64,000 nucleotides of DNA from an uncultured virus (IMG/VR IMGVR_UViG_3300043438_001049) (Duplodnaviria > Heunggongvirae > Uroviricota > Caudoviricetes). This document shows positions 36,778-45,095 of the stretch, in pieces. The DNA lies in the IMG/VR virus record IMGVR_UViG_3300043438_001049. One strand, written 5' to 3'. Within the stretch, counting starts at the first letter, position 1. Every line of letters starts with the position of its first letter. The notes beneath the pieces were generated by a model. That model searched no databases and was not told where the DNA came from. It worked only from the letters and a program-made list of their open reading frames with translations. The position numbers and the translations under genes were made by a program.

Positions 36778-36990
36778 TTAGATCACATACTTGTCAGGGA
36801 TTTCCCATCCTTGATTAGAAGGAATAAATTCTTTTTTCATTTGCCATTTATTATTTTTGTATACTCCAAATTTTGAGTAGTAGGCTTTCTCTGAAGGAAA
36901 TGTCTCAACTACTGTCCATCCGTTCCAGGATAGTTGTCTGTGCTTATTCACTATTGATTCCATAGTGGATAAAGAGTTAACTATTTTCAT
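36778..36990 (-). CDS. Hypothetical protein
   Basis: LSWNGWTVV motif. Confidence 0.55.
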   Translation of the reverse strand: MKIVNSLSTMESIVNKHRQLSWNGWTVVETFPSEKAYYSKFGVYKNNKWQMKKEFIPSNQGWEIPDKYVI

Positions 36991-37073
36991 TATCTTTCCA
37001 TTCTGTTGATGTGCTAGAGCACGAGTGTCACATAATAAAGTCTATCAGTTATAACAACTTATGTCAAGGCTGA

Positions 37074-37424
37074 TTAGAAATTATATACGTTTGTATTTAT
37101 ATTATTTAATTTTGATACATGAACAATCTTTGATACTGGCTCTTTTGGATTAGACAAAAAAGCAAAATGATCAACTTGTAATATATTTTCTTGCATCCAT
37201 TCAGGAGTAACCTTAATAAACTTAATAGACTTTCCTCTTGACTTCATTCCTTTTTCTGATAAGTTTGAAAACTCCATTGCCATCATGCTAATATTGTTTG
37301 GTCCTGCAGAGTATACATGAAAAACCTTATCCTCTTCTTTTAACTCAGAAAGGGCAACGGCCATTGATCTAAGGAAGACATTGTAGTTATCAAAACTACT
37401 TGTTCCCTGAACCCCTACTATCAT
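37074..37424 (-). CDS. SLOG/YspA-like protein
   Basis: MIVGVQGTSSFDNY N-terminus. Confidence 0.45.
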   Translation of the reverse strand: MIVGVQGTSSFDNYNVFLRSMAVALSELKEEDKVFHVYSAGPNNISMMAMEFSNLSEKGMKSRGKSIKFIKVTPEWMQENILQVDHFAFLSNPKEPVSKIVHVSKLNNINTNVYNF

Positions 37425-37812
37425 CGTTAATCCCTTCTCGTAATTTGTCCATTATGAACAACATCTTATCTAATTGTACCTTATCCATACTGATTGTGTC
37501 AACTTGCTCTGCAGACTCTTTATCAATAAGTTCATTAACAAGTGGGGCTTTATAAAATATATTATCTTTAATCCAATAGGCATTATTTTCAACAATAATA
37601 ACCCTTATGTTGGTTTTATCATGATGAACTTTTGACTGAGATCTAACATTTAATTTTCTTGAATTTTTTTTGCGATTGCTATACCGATATTGAAGCATTG
37701 ATTGGCTAACAATAATAGGCTTATTATTTCTTTCTCTATTCCTTAGTACATATACATAAAAAAGCAGCACAAGAGTCACTACTGTCCCGATAGCACCATA
37801 TAAGTTATTCAT
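37396..37812 (-). CDS. Hypothetical membrane-anchored protein
   Basis: N-terminal TM. Confidence 0.55.
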   Translation of the reverse strand: MNNLYGAIGTVVTLVLLFYVYVLRNRERNNKPIIVSQSMLQYRYSNRKKNSRKLNVRSQSKVHHDKTNIRVIIVENNAYWIKDNIFYKAPLVNELIDKESAEQVDTISMDKVQLDKMLFIMDKLREGINDDSRGSGNK

Positions 37813-37836
37813 TAATACTCCCAGATATCAAGTATA

Positions 37837-38166
37837 TCAGTTTTTATTAAAAAGAACCTTGATTATTTCTTCTATGATTACTCTTTCATCACTTGGTAAA
37901 GATTTTATAGCCATGGCATCAAAAGACTTTGGTCCTAATTTTACTAAAGGATCTTTATTTGTTACGTCCATGTTAAGAAAACCCTTTTCCCAAAGTTTTA
38001 AAGTTATATCTGAAAAGTATATTGATAGTTCATCGCTAAGTTGAGCATCTATTTCCTTAAGCCTTTCTGTAGGCTTGTATAGTGACTCACCAGTTTCAGA
38101 ATCTTTTCCTGCAAACTCTAGGCCTCCATTTAAAATTAGATTATCGACAATGTCAAATTCATCCAT
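37837..38166 (-). CDS. Hypothetical protein
   Basis: Probable start MDEFDIV at 38166. Confidence 0.6.
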   Translation of the reverse strand: MDEFDIVDNLILNGGLEFAGKDSETGESLYKPTERLKEIDAQLSDELSIYFSDITLKLWEKGFLNMDVTNKDPLVKLGPKSFDAMAIKSLPSDERVIIEEIIKVLFNKN

Positions 38167-38782
38167 TAGTCCACCCAGTTTGAAATTTAACTCTATTCTC
38201 CCAAAACCCAGGAACAATATATTTTTCTCCAGATAGTATGGTGTTTGATTGATGGAAATATGGTTTTCTTGATGGGAAAACAACAATGCTTCCTGGAGTT
38301 GGTTTTACAACAATGTCATGATCTGGTAATTCTATCTCTCCGCCTGTATAATCGTCATTTAAATATAAGACCACAGACACAGTTTTGCCTTCATCATCGT
38401 CATGGGTATCCGTATGTTTGCCCATCATGCTACCAACAAAATACTTACTAATAGATAGTGGGCAGAGCATTCCAATATCTAGCCCTGGATGCATAGACTC
38501 ATAGTCTTTTGATACAGCAATAATTGAATCTGTAATTTCTTTTTCAATTTCTCGACACTCACTGTATGCTGGATGGGCTTTATTAAATAAATGCTCACGA
38601 ATCATTTTTTGTTTTCCAAATGCATAATCTGACTGATAGGCTGTCCAATCAGCCCACTTGCTTACTCCAGTATCTTCTCCCAGTAGATGATCAGTGGCTT
38701 CTATTTTTTCAAGAAGTTCTTTAGGGTTTTCAATAACATTTTCATAATAATAAACATGCTTTTCTAAAATATTTCTTTTCAT
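38159..38782 (-). CDS. 2OG-Fe(II) prolyl-4-hydroxylase-like oxygenase
   Basis: HTD...YLNDDYTGGE...FPS..PYFHQ...SGEKY. Confidence 0.85.
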   Translation of the reverse strand: MKRNILEKHVYYYENVIENPKELLEKIEATDHLLGEDTGVSKWADWTAYQSDYAFGKQKMIREHLFNKAHPAYSECREIEKEITDSIIAVSKDYESMHPGLDIGMLCPLSISKYFVGSMMGKHTDTHDDDEGKTVSVVLYLNDDYTGGEIELPDHDIVVKPTPGSIVVFPSRKPYFHQSNTILSGEKYIVPGFWENRVKFQTGWTNG

Positions 38783-39186
38783 TTTCCAGACTTCTTTCTT
38801 GCCTTAGCCAGTGCTACAAAATCTTTAACCTTAGTATCTCCAAGATATCCCCATGCATAACCATCATTGATCATCATGTCATTAAGAGATACTGTGTCTC
38901 CATTAATATATACCCAGCCTAAAATGCGACCATACTTTTCAGATGAGTCCATCTTTTCAGTCTTAATTACAACAGACTTAGCGTCCTTTAGAGACTTCTT
39001 TAGGTACTCTTTGGCTTCAAGACCAAGAGCCTTTTCTGCAAGATCCTTTGTGCGAGACTCTGGGGTATCAATACCAGCCAGTCTAACACGAGATGCAAAC
39101 AGGATATCAAACCCTAAATCAATAAGAACGTCTATGGTATCTCCATCTACGACATTCTCTACTTTTCTTACATAGTATTCATACAT
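38779..39186 (-). CDS. Thermonuclease (SNase) family nuclease
   Basis: VVDGDT...RLAGIDTPE...KYGRILG. Confidence 0.9.
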   Translation of the reverse strand: MYEYYVRKVENVVDGDTIDVLIDLGFDILFASRVRLAGIDTPESRTKDLAEKALGLEAKEYLKKSLKDAKSVVIKTEKMDSSEKYGRILGWVYINGDTVSLNDMMINDGYAWGYLGDTKVKDFVALAKARKKSGK

Positions 39187-39389
39187 TATTTTCTCCCCCA
39201 TTGTATATAGTTCCATCCACGCTCATGTGCGTAGTAGATAAATACTTTAACTACCGTTTCCCAAAATGCAATTGTCACAGAGAGAGAAGCGTTTTTTGTA
39301 ATAACATAGGCAACAGCAACAGAGGAAAGAGTTCCCCATATGCGATAACTTAATGCCTTTGCAAAAGACCTGGCCTTAGTTACTGTCAT
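39186..39389 (-). CDS. DUF2061 membrane protein
   Basis: RSFAKALSYR...YYAHER.W. Confidence 0.8.
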   Translation of the reverse strand: MTVTKARSFAKALSYRIWGTLSSVAVAYVITKNASLSVTIAFWETVVKVFIYYAHERGWNYIQWGRK

Positions 39390-39469
39390 CTTTATCTTTC
39401 TTTTTAAACATTGCTGCTACCATTCTGTCTTCGGCATCATTCATTGCTTGTCCTGACTGTTCTAATTTT

Positions 39470-40231
39470 TTAAAGACCCAACTGCTTGCGTTTTTCAGTA
39501 GCCGAAATAGCATGAATGTCTGCCCCCAAATCTACTTGCTCAATCTTATACCCTACATCACGACCATAGACAATGTTGGTAATGTTAGGTAATCTTAATA
39601 CTAATGCCCCGTCCATAAATTCATCTTTAGCAATATACTCTTTTACTTGATCAAACTTAAGAGGGTCTTTTTCGCTTGTGTTGTAGGTATTACGGACTCC
39701 AAGAAGTACTTGGTCAGTTCTCTTGCCAGCCTCCTTGTAGAGTGCGTGGTGGCCTTCGTGCCATGGCTGGTACCTACCCAGCATAAGAGTTGTAGGTGCA
39801 GACCAATCATGTAGGCCAAACTTATTAATAATGTAAGATGCCTTTGCTTCTGCATCTAATGTGTGACTAATGAATGTTATGGCATACTGGGTTGGTCGCT
39901 CAAACATTTTATTGGTGTCTTCAAATCTACCCTCAGAAATAGTATCCATAAATATTAATATGTCTGGTTTGCCAAATGCTGCACGAGTTAATTCAGTGGG
40001 GCACACAAAATCAACAATGACTGGAGCAACACCCTGCTTGGCAATAAGTCTTGCCATTTCACCCATGCGACGAGCCTGCTCAAGTCTATCTTCTGGTGCA
40101 AATCCTAAATCTGAATTTACAGTTGCACGAACCTCATCTGCATTAAGATGAATAGCGTTAATTCTTTCTTTGAGTTCTTTGGCTAACTCTGTCTTTCCTG
40201 AACCTGGAAGACCTATAATCTGAATAATCAT
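39470..40231 (-). CDS. Adenylyl-sulfate-kinase-like P-loop kinase fused to cytidylyltransferase-like domain
   Basis: GLPGSGKT...NADEVR; GRYQPWHEGH; ISAT. Confidence 0.8.
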   Translation of the reverse strand: MIIQIIGLPGSGKTELAKELKERINAIHLNADEVRATVNSDLGFAPEDRLEQARRMGEMARLIAKQGVAPVIVDFVCPTELTRAAFGKPDILIFMDTISEGRFEDTNKMFERPTQYAITFISHTLDAEAKASYIINKFGLHDWSAPTTLMLGRYQPWHEGHHALYKEAGKRTDQVLLGVRNTYNTSEKDPLKFDQVKEYIAKDEFMDGALVLRLPNITNIVYGRDVGYKIEQVDLGADIHAISATEKRKQLGL

Positions 40232-40233
40232 TT

Positions 40234-40512
40234 TTATTCCTTAACTAGTTTTTCTCGCTCATCAACAATAGTTAATGCAAAAGACATCATTTTCTTATAA
40301 CCTTCTGCATTATCCATTATCTTATTATAATGGTGACCACAAAATATCAAGTTACCAGAAATACCATTTACCTGAACTAAAGCCTCAGCAGAGCAAACAT
40401 CACACCTATCTAGTGGAGATAGTGTCCATTTCCTTGATTCTACTTCTTCATCAATCATTGTATTCATAGTATACTGCCTATTTCTTTCTGTTATCGGTGG
40501 AATAAAATCCAC
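40234..40512 (-). CDS. Small Zn-binding protein
   Basis: DRCDVC...FCGHH. Confidence 0.6.
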   Translation of the reverse strand: MDFIPPITERNRQYTMNTMIDEEVESRKWTLSPLDRCDVCSAEALVQVNGISGNLIFCGHHYNKIMDNAEGYKKMMSFALTIVDEREKLVKE

Positions 40513-40663
40513 TACCGTTGAAAACTGCTCCTACATTAGAGTATACACGAACTAAAGAAAAATTGCAAGTATCACATTTATATCCAGGGTCGTCTTCTTT
40601 AATAGAACGATCTTTGATGTATCGTTTTGCACATGGCATGCAGTCATATTCGTACAGTGCCAT
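40478..40663 (-). CDS. FmdB-family zinc ribbon protein
   Basis: YEYDC..C...C..C...F.GSGFYSTD. Confidence 0.8.
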   Translation of the reverse strand: MALYEYDCMPCAKRYIKDRSIKEDDPGYKCDTCNFSLVRVYSNVGAVFNGSGFYSTDNRKK

Positions 40664-40754
40664 ATACTACTTTTTCTTTTTTGCTTTTACTGTCCAGATT
40701 GGTGCATTAAGTAAATCTCCGCCCCACTCATAACCAAGCGCTTTTACAACAAAC

Positions 40755-41414
40755 CTAATTATTTTGATTCTCATTATTTATCCTTTCAGTTAAAAATAAT
40801 ATAATATTAACTCTGTTTCCACCAGACACTACCTCTACTTCATGTTCTAGTTCTTGTGTTCCAGAAAATGTTAAAAATGTTCCTGGCGCTGGTTTTAATT
40901 TTATTTCTAGTTGAGGAAAACTTATTAATCCACCCTCGTAAGAATCAGATAGATACAATAGTGCTGAATAGTCATTTGCATATTCTTCAGAGTAGTTGTC
41001 CAGATGCAAAGAATTTGAACCGCCCTCTTGCATATGACTATAAAAATAAGACTTTAAGACAAGATTTTTTTTAAAAATTAATGAAGCAGTTTTTTCAATA
41101 TTCGTACATATGGATGTAAAGAAATCAATTCCAACATTGTAATCTAGATCGTCTGTCCTATCTTTTATTTTATTTAAAGATGATGTTAGGTGTGCTTTAC
41201 TGTTTGCAGACCCTCCAGGACCACCAAGAATTCCAGGTTTTCCAATATTTTCTAAATTTTCTAAATTTTTTGAAAACTCTTTAATAATAAATTCACAAGT
41301 TTCTGGAAATATAAAATTCTCTACTATAAAAAGTTTGCCATCTATATCTTTAACAAGTTTGTATATTTCAGAGTCCGATTCATTTGGATCCTTTGCCCAC
41401 ATGTCAATGTTCAC
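40755..41414 (-). CDS. 2OG-Fe(II) prolyl-4-hydroxylase-like oxygenase
   Basis: HLD...YLSDSYEGG...HEV..V.GG.R. Confidence 0.85.
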   Translation of the reverse strand: MNIDMWAKDPNESDSEIYKLVKDIDGKLFIVENFIFPETCEFIIKEFSKNLENLENIGKPGILGGPGGSANSKAHLTSSLNKIKDRTDDLDYNVGIDFFTSICTNIEKTASLIFKKNLVLKSYFYSHMQEGGSNSLHLDNYSEEYANDYSALLYLSDSYEGGLISFPQLEIKLKPAPGTFLTFSGTQELEHEVEVVSGGNRVNIILFLTERINNENQNN

Positions 41415-41418
41415 TTAT

Positions 41419-41637
41419 TTAAACCTTTTTACCAAATTTAGCCCAGGCTCTTTCATGCAAGAAATAGCCAATCATCTCGCATAGAGTATAAACTATTGCA
41501 AAGGCACCAGCGTATTCCCAGTGGGCTTCGCCAGTAATAACCTTTTCAAAGAAATAGACTAAAGTGCCAACAAATCCAATATGAACCGCTGGCCAAGTAA
41601 AAGTTTTATACAGGCTTCTCTTGTTTGACTCAATCAT
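41419..41637 (-). CDS. DUF2061 membrane protein (paralog)
   Basis: ESNKRSLYKTFTW...YFLHERAW. Confidence 0.75.
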   Translation of the reverse strand: MIESNKRSLYKTFTWPAVHIGFVGTLVYFFEKVITGEAHWEYAGAFAIVYTLCEMIGYFLHERAWAKFGKKV

Positions 41638-42263
41638 GATGATACCTTTGACTTTGATCCGCCAGAAGATTTCTTTGCAGCAGGCTTTGCAGCCTTATTT
41701 GTTGCAATTGTTGACGTAGATTCTGCAATTTTATTTAGTAGTTGAGCATTTTCTTCACCAGTATAAACTGGACGACCCCAACCAACAACAGCATTAACTA
41801 ACTTTTTCTTGTTATTTTTTACATAACCACGAGTCTTCTCAACACACATTCCTCCGTTGCGTTGGTCTCCCTTTGCAGTTCCTGATGTATTTCCTTCAAT
41901 AACTTGAATTGTTCCATCTCCATTGTTTTTGATACAAATGCCAACATGTGAAATACGATTTACACCATCTTCTGGGAAATCAAAATAGATCCAATCTCCT
42001 GCTTGTGGATCATCATTACGAGCATCTGACCAACGCTCAGCCTTCTTAAACCAATCTGATGCTGCTACTGTTGATGCAGACTTGGGGAATGATTTAACTC
42101 CCGCTGTAAATGCTGACCAAGAAACAAATGATTGGCACCATGGCTGGAAGTTAACCTTAATCCATGCACCGTACTTTGTTTCGTTGTCTTTTGGGCCTTC
42201 AATTGTACCCACTTCTTTCTTTGCAACCTCAATGATTGCTTCTACTGATCCTTTTGCTGCCAT
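41634..42263 (-). CDS. CHAP-domain peptidoglycan hydrolase (endolysin)
   Basis: PWCQSFVSW...SHVGI...IEGNT. Confidence 0.85.
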   Translation of the reverse strand: MAAKGSVEAIIEVAKKEVGTIEGPKDNETKYGAWIKVNFQPWCQSFVSWSAFTAGVKSFPKSASTVAASDWFKKAERWSDARNDDPQAGDWIYFDFPEDGVNRISHVGICIKNNGDGTIQVIEGNTSGTAKGDQRNGGMCVEKTRGYVKNNKKKLVNAVVGWGRPVYTGEENAQLLNKIAESTSTIATNKAAKPAAKKSSGGSKSKVSS

Positions 42264-42276
42264 GACTTAACCCTTT

Positions 42277-42486
42277 CTACTTTTTCTTTTTTGTAGTAAT
42301 TTTTTTAATAATTTTTGCAATTGGCTTATTCCATTTTTTTGCTTCTAAAATTGCCTCTTGTCTATCATCTGGAGCATTAACAACAACTGGCTCTGCTTTA
42401 ACTTCTTTTGCTGCAGCATCTTTCCAAGCCTTGGCTCTTAAGACTGCCTCTTGTCTATCATCTGATGGATCTATTGTATTTGTCAT
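42277..42486 (-). CDS. Small repeat protein
   Basis: DDRQEA.L.AK.W x2; Lys-rich tail. Confidence 0.55.
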   Translation of the reverse strand: MTNTIDPSDDRQEAVLRAKAWKDAAAKEVKAEPVVVNAPDDRQEAILEAKKWNKPIAKIIKKITTKKKK

Positions 42487-42554
42487 AATAAACCTCCTAA
42501 GTTTATATTTAATTATACCATAATAGGGTTATAGGATATCTGACACTCTAAGCC

Positions 42555-43736
42555 TTAACTATTGAGTGTAATCATTGAGTATTCTGCAAAATTGCTATAA
42601 AAACGATTTAGGTCTATTCCAAGAATAGATTTTAAAGAAATTTCAAATGTGTCTGGGGTAGAGTAATAGTGCGCTATAAAACTATTTACTTTCTCAGCAT
42701 CGTTGTAATAATATAAAGATTCAACCGCAAGCATTCCTACACTGTACCCAGCCGAAAGACCTGTACAGTATGAAAAATCACTTGTTAATTTAATAAAATT
42801 ATTGATCCAATCCTCTTTTGAATACTGCTTATAGTTAGGAAATATTCTTGCAATATCGTGAGGCAACATCATACTTCTTTCTTTTGAGTTATCAAATGAT
42901 TTGGAAGCAAAAGCAAACCCTAAAGCATGGGCCTGTCCTTCAATAATCCAGCAATTTGGATAACCTTTTTGATCAATCTGTAATTGGAACTGATACAAGT
43001 GAGTTGCTTCATGATACCAAACCATCTCTTCTAATCCATTTGGGGAAGTAGAAGAACCTATCATTGTATAAAGACTTATGTGAGGCATCCCTCCAGGACT
43101 GTAAGCACAAAGTGCTGTAACACTTATTCTGCAAGATGAATTGTTCCACCAATTATCATTGTGTGCTGAACCATCTAATTTTCTAGAAGTTTGAAGCCAC
43201 CAATCTTTATCAGTTTCACTCATAAACACTAAGTTTATTTTTTTATTTGTTGGACTATTAAATGTTGCCAGTGCTGTCTTGTATGAATTTACAATTTTTT
43301 CTACTCTATTTTTATCAACTGATGGACTTTGTATAATTGTAAAATTTATTTCATTAATATCTTTTTTAATTTTAAAAGAATCTACTATTTTAATTTGAAG
43401 TTTTTCAATTTGTGATAATGGTTTGAATGTAGGTGTTGGAGTAGGTGTTGGCGTGGGAGTCGGAGTTGGAGTAGGTGTTGGAGTAGGTGTTGGCGTGGGT
43501 GTTGGTGTTGGTGTTGGCTTAACAACAGGTGATTTTTTTACAGCCCATCTATAAACTTTTCCATTTTTTAAACATATTGTATTGTTTTTAACTTTATTTA
43601 AGTTAGACTTAGAGCATGACTTATTAGTAAACTCATACTCTTGAATATTTTTTTGAATAGGCTTTACTTCAACTGGTACTTGGGTTGGTGCAAGCAAAGA
43701 CGCAACTGTTACTGCAGATACACAAACTATACACAT
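42555..43736 (-). CDS. Secreted PT-linker protein with HEXXH motif
   Basis: Signal-like N-terminus, (PT)n, HEATH...W..EG. Confidence 0.65.
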   Translation of the reverse strand: MCIVCVSAVTVASLLAPTQVPVEVKPIQKNIQEYEFTNKSCSKSNLNKVKNNTICLKNGKVYRWAVKKSPVVKPTPTPTPTPTPTPTPTPTPTPTPTPTPTPTFKPLSQIEKLQIKIVDSFKIKKDINEINFTIIQSPSVDKNRVEKIVNSYKTALATFNSPTNKKINLVFMSETDKDWWLQTSRKLDGSAHNDNWWNNSSCRISVTALCAYSPGGMPHISLYTMIGSSTSPNGLEEMVWYHEATHLYQFQLQIDQKGYPNCWIIEGQAHALGFAFASKSFDNSKERSMMLPHDIARIFPNYKQYSKEDWINNFIKLTSDFSYCTGLSAGYSVGMLAVESLYYYNDAEKVNSFIAHYYSTPDTFEISLKSILGIDLNRFYSNFAEYSMITLNS

Positions 43737-43741
43737 TTAAA

Positions 43742-43963
43742 TTACTGCTCCTTTATTTTAAATACTACCTGGCAAGGATCTCCGCCATCTTCCCACTCTT
43801 GTTGCTCTTCTTCACTCATATATGGATCGCCATCATGAGTATTACAGAAAGGTTCTGTTATCCATCCCCGTTCAATTCCATTGTTTAGCCAGATTTCAAA
43901 CTCATCATAATCTAACTCATTTTCTTGAATACCCTTTAGAATCTCTTCAAATTCTTCGCTCAT
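43742..43963 (-). CDS. Hypothetical acidic protein
   Basis: GW...C.THDG...GGDPC. Confidence 0.6.
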   Translation of the reverse strand: MSEEFEEILKGIQENELDYDEFEIWLNNGIERGWITEPFCNTHDGDPYMSEEEQQEWEDGGDPCQVVFKIKEQ

Positions 43964-43978
43964 ATATAAAGTATATCT

Positions 43979-44503
43979 CTAAATACTGACAATGTCAACT
44001 GGACCCATACATGATGGGTTAAATTTAATAGCAGCATTTACTGCTTGAATCACTCTATTTCTTGCATTTTTTTGTTTATCTGTTGCATATAAAACCCCGT
44101 AAGCATACTCTGCTCCTGAACCCATAGCAAGGTATGGCAGTGTGTACTTAGATAAAGACATGTCAGCGGAACTGTGCTCATAGATTTGACCACGAACTGA
44201 AATGATTAAACCAAGGTCTCCATCTTTAGATGTGTCTACCCAAAACTCATTATAAAATTCTTTTAGTTCTTTAACAAACTTTGTTTGCATAAATCTATCT
44301 GTGTCTTTAATGTTAGGAGCAGTTGGTTTAAAGTTATAGCGGATTCTTTCTCCGTCCATTGCTCCAGCATATCCAATTAGGTATGGGCCTATCTTCCAAA
44401 CCTTTGGTGCTTCAAGTGCTAGAATGGTACCATCATCTGATGCTCCACGATCTCCTGCCATATAAATTTTATCTTCATGGCGAACAACAGCAATACAAGT
44501 CAT
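43979..44503 (-). CDS. Ntn-hydrolase / HslV-proteasome beta-like protein
   Basis: MTCIA start (catalytic Thr), GDR, K, GSG...A.G. Confidence 0.75.
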   Translation of the reverse strand: MTCIAVVRHEDKIYMAGDRGASDDGTILALEAPKVWKIGPYLIGYAGAMDGERIRYNFKPTAPNIKDTDRFMQTKFVKELKEFYNEFWVDTSKDGDLGLIISVRGQIYEHSSADMSLSKYTLPYLAMGSGAEYAYGVLYATDKQKNARNRVIQAVNAAIKFNPSCMGPVDIVSI

Positions 44504-44581
44504 GGCAAAAGCCCTCTCCAGATAGGTGATACTCAAGTATACCATTGCCCAGAGAGGGCTGTCAACTACCGTCAATAATGA

Positions 44582-44866
44582 CTAATTAGCCTTTTTGTCT
44601 ACAGACTTAAAGGCATCATTTATTTCTGCTAATGATAGCCTTCCATCGTCCAAAAAAGCCCTTGCCAGTCTTTCAATAACTGTTGCTACTCCTAAGAGTC
44701 CTGCAAGCATAACTGCCTGAACTGTGTCAATTCCTACTACGGCTCCCGCTCCCAAGACTGATAGTCCTGATGCTGCAAATACCGCAAGAATTCTCATTAG
44801 AATATTTGTTATTGCTTTCTGTGGGTGCTCCTGCTTTGGGGGTTCTACTATTTTTTTAGTTGCCAT
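44582..44866 (-). CDS. Small membrane protein (holin-like)
   Basis: Two TM helices; DDGRLSLAEIN. Confidence 0.5.
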   Translation of the reverse strand: MATKKIVEPPKQEHPQKAITNILMRILAVFAASGLSVLGAGAVVGIDTVQAVMLAGLLGVATVIERLARAFLDDGRLSLAEINDAFKSVDKKAN

Positions 44867-44867
44867 T

Positions 44868-45095
44868 TTATTTCTCCTTCCTTAGCGGGATTGTGATTAA
44901 CCAGATAACTGTTGTTGCCATTACAGCAATACCAACAATGTCTCTTGCTGATCCCGTCAAAGTTAGCCATGCGATAAAGAAGCCCAGGAGGGTGAATGCT
45001 TGTGCAATTAATTCCATACCTGCGTCTTTAAACCATTTAGTTAATCCCTTTAGCATTTTGCCTACCAGGTTTGTGGCCTTATTGATTATTTTCAT
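44868..45095 (-). CDS. Small membrane protein
   Basis: Two TM helices. Confidence 0.55.
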   Translation of the reverse strand: MKIINKATNLVGKMLKGLTKWFKDAGMELIAQAFTLLGFFIAWLTLTGSARDIVGIAVMATTVIWLITIPLRKEK

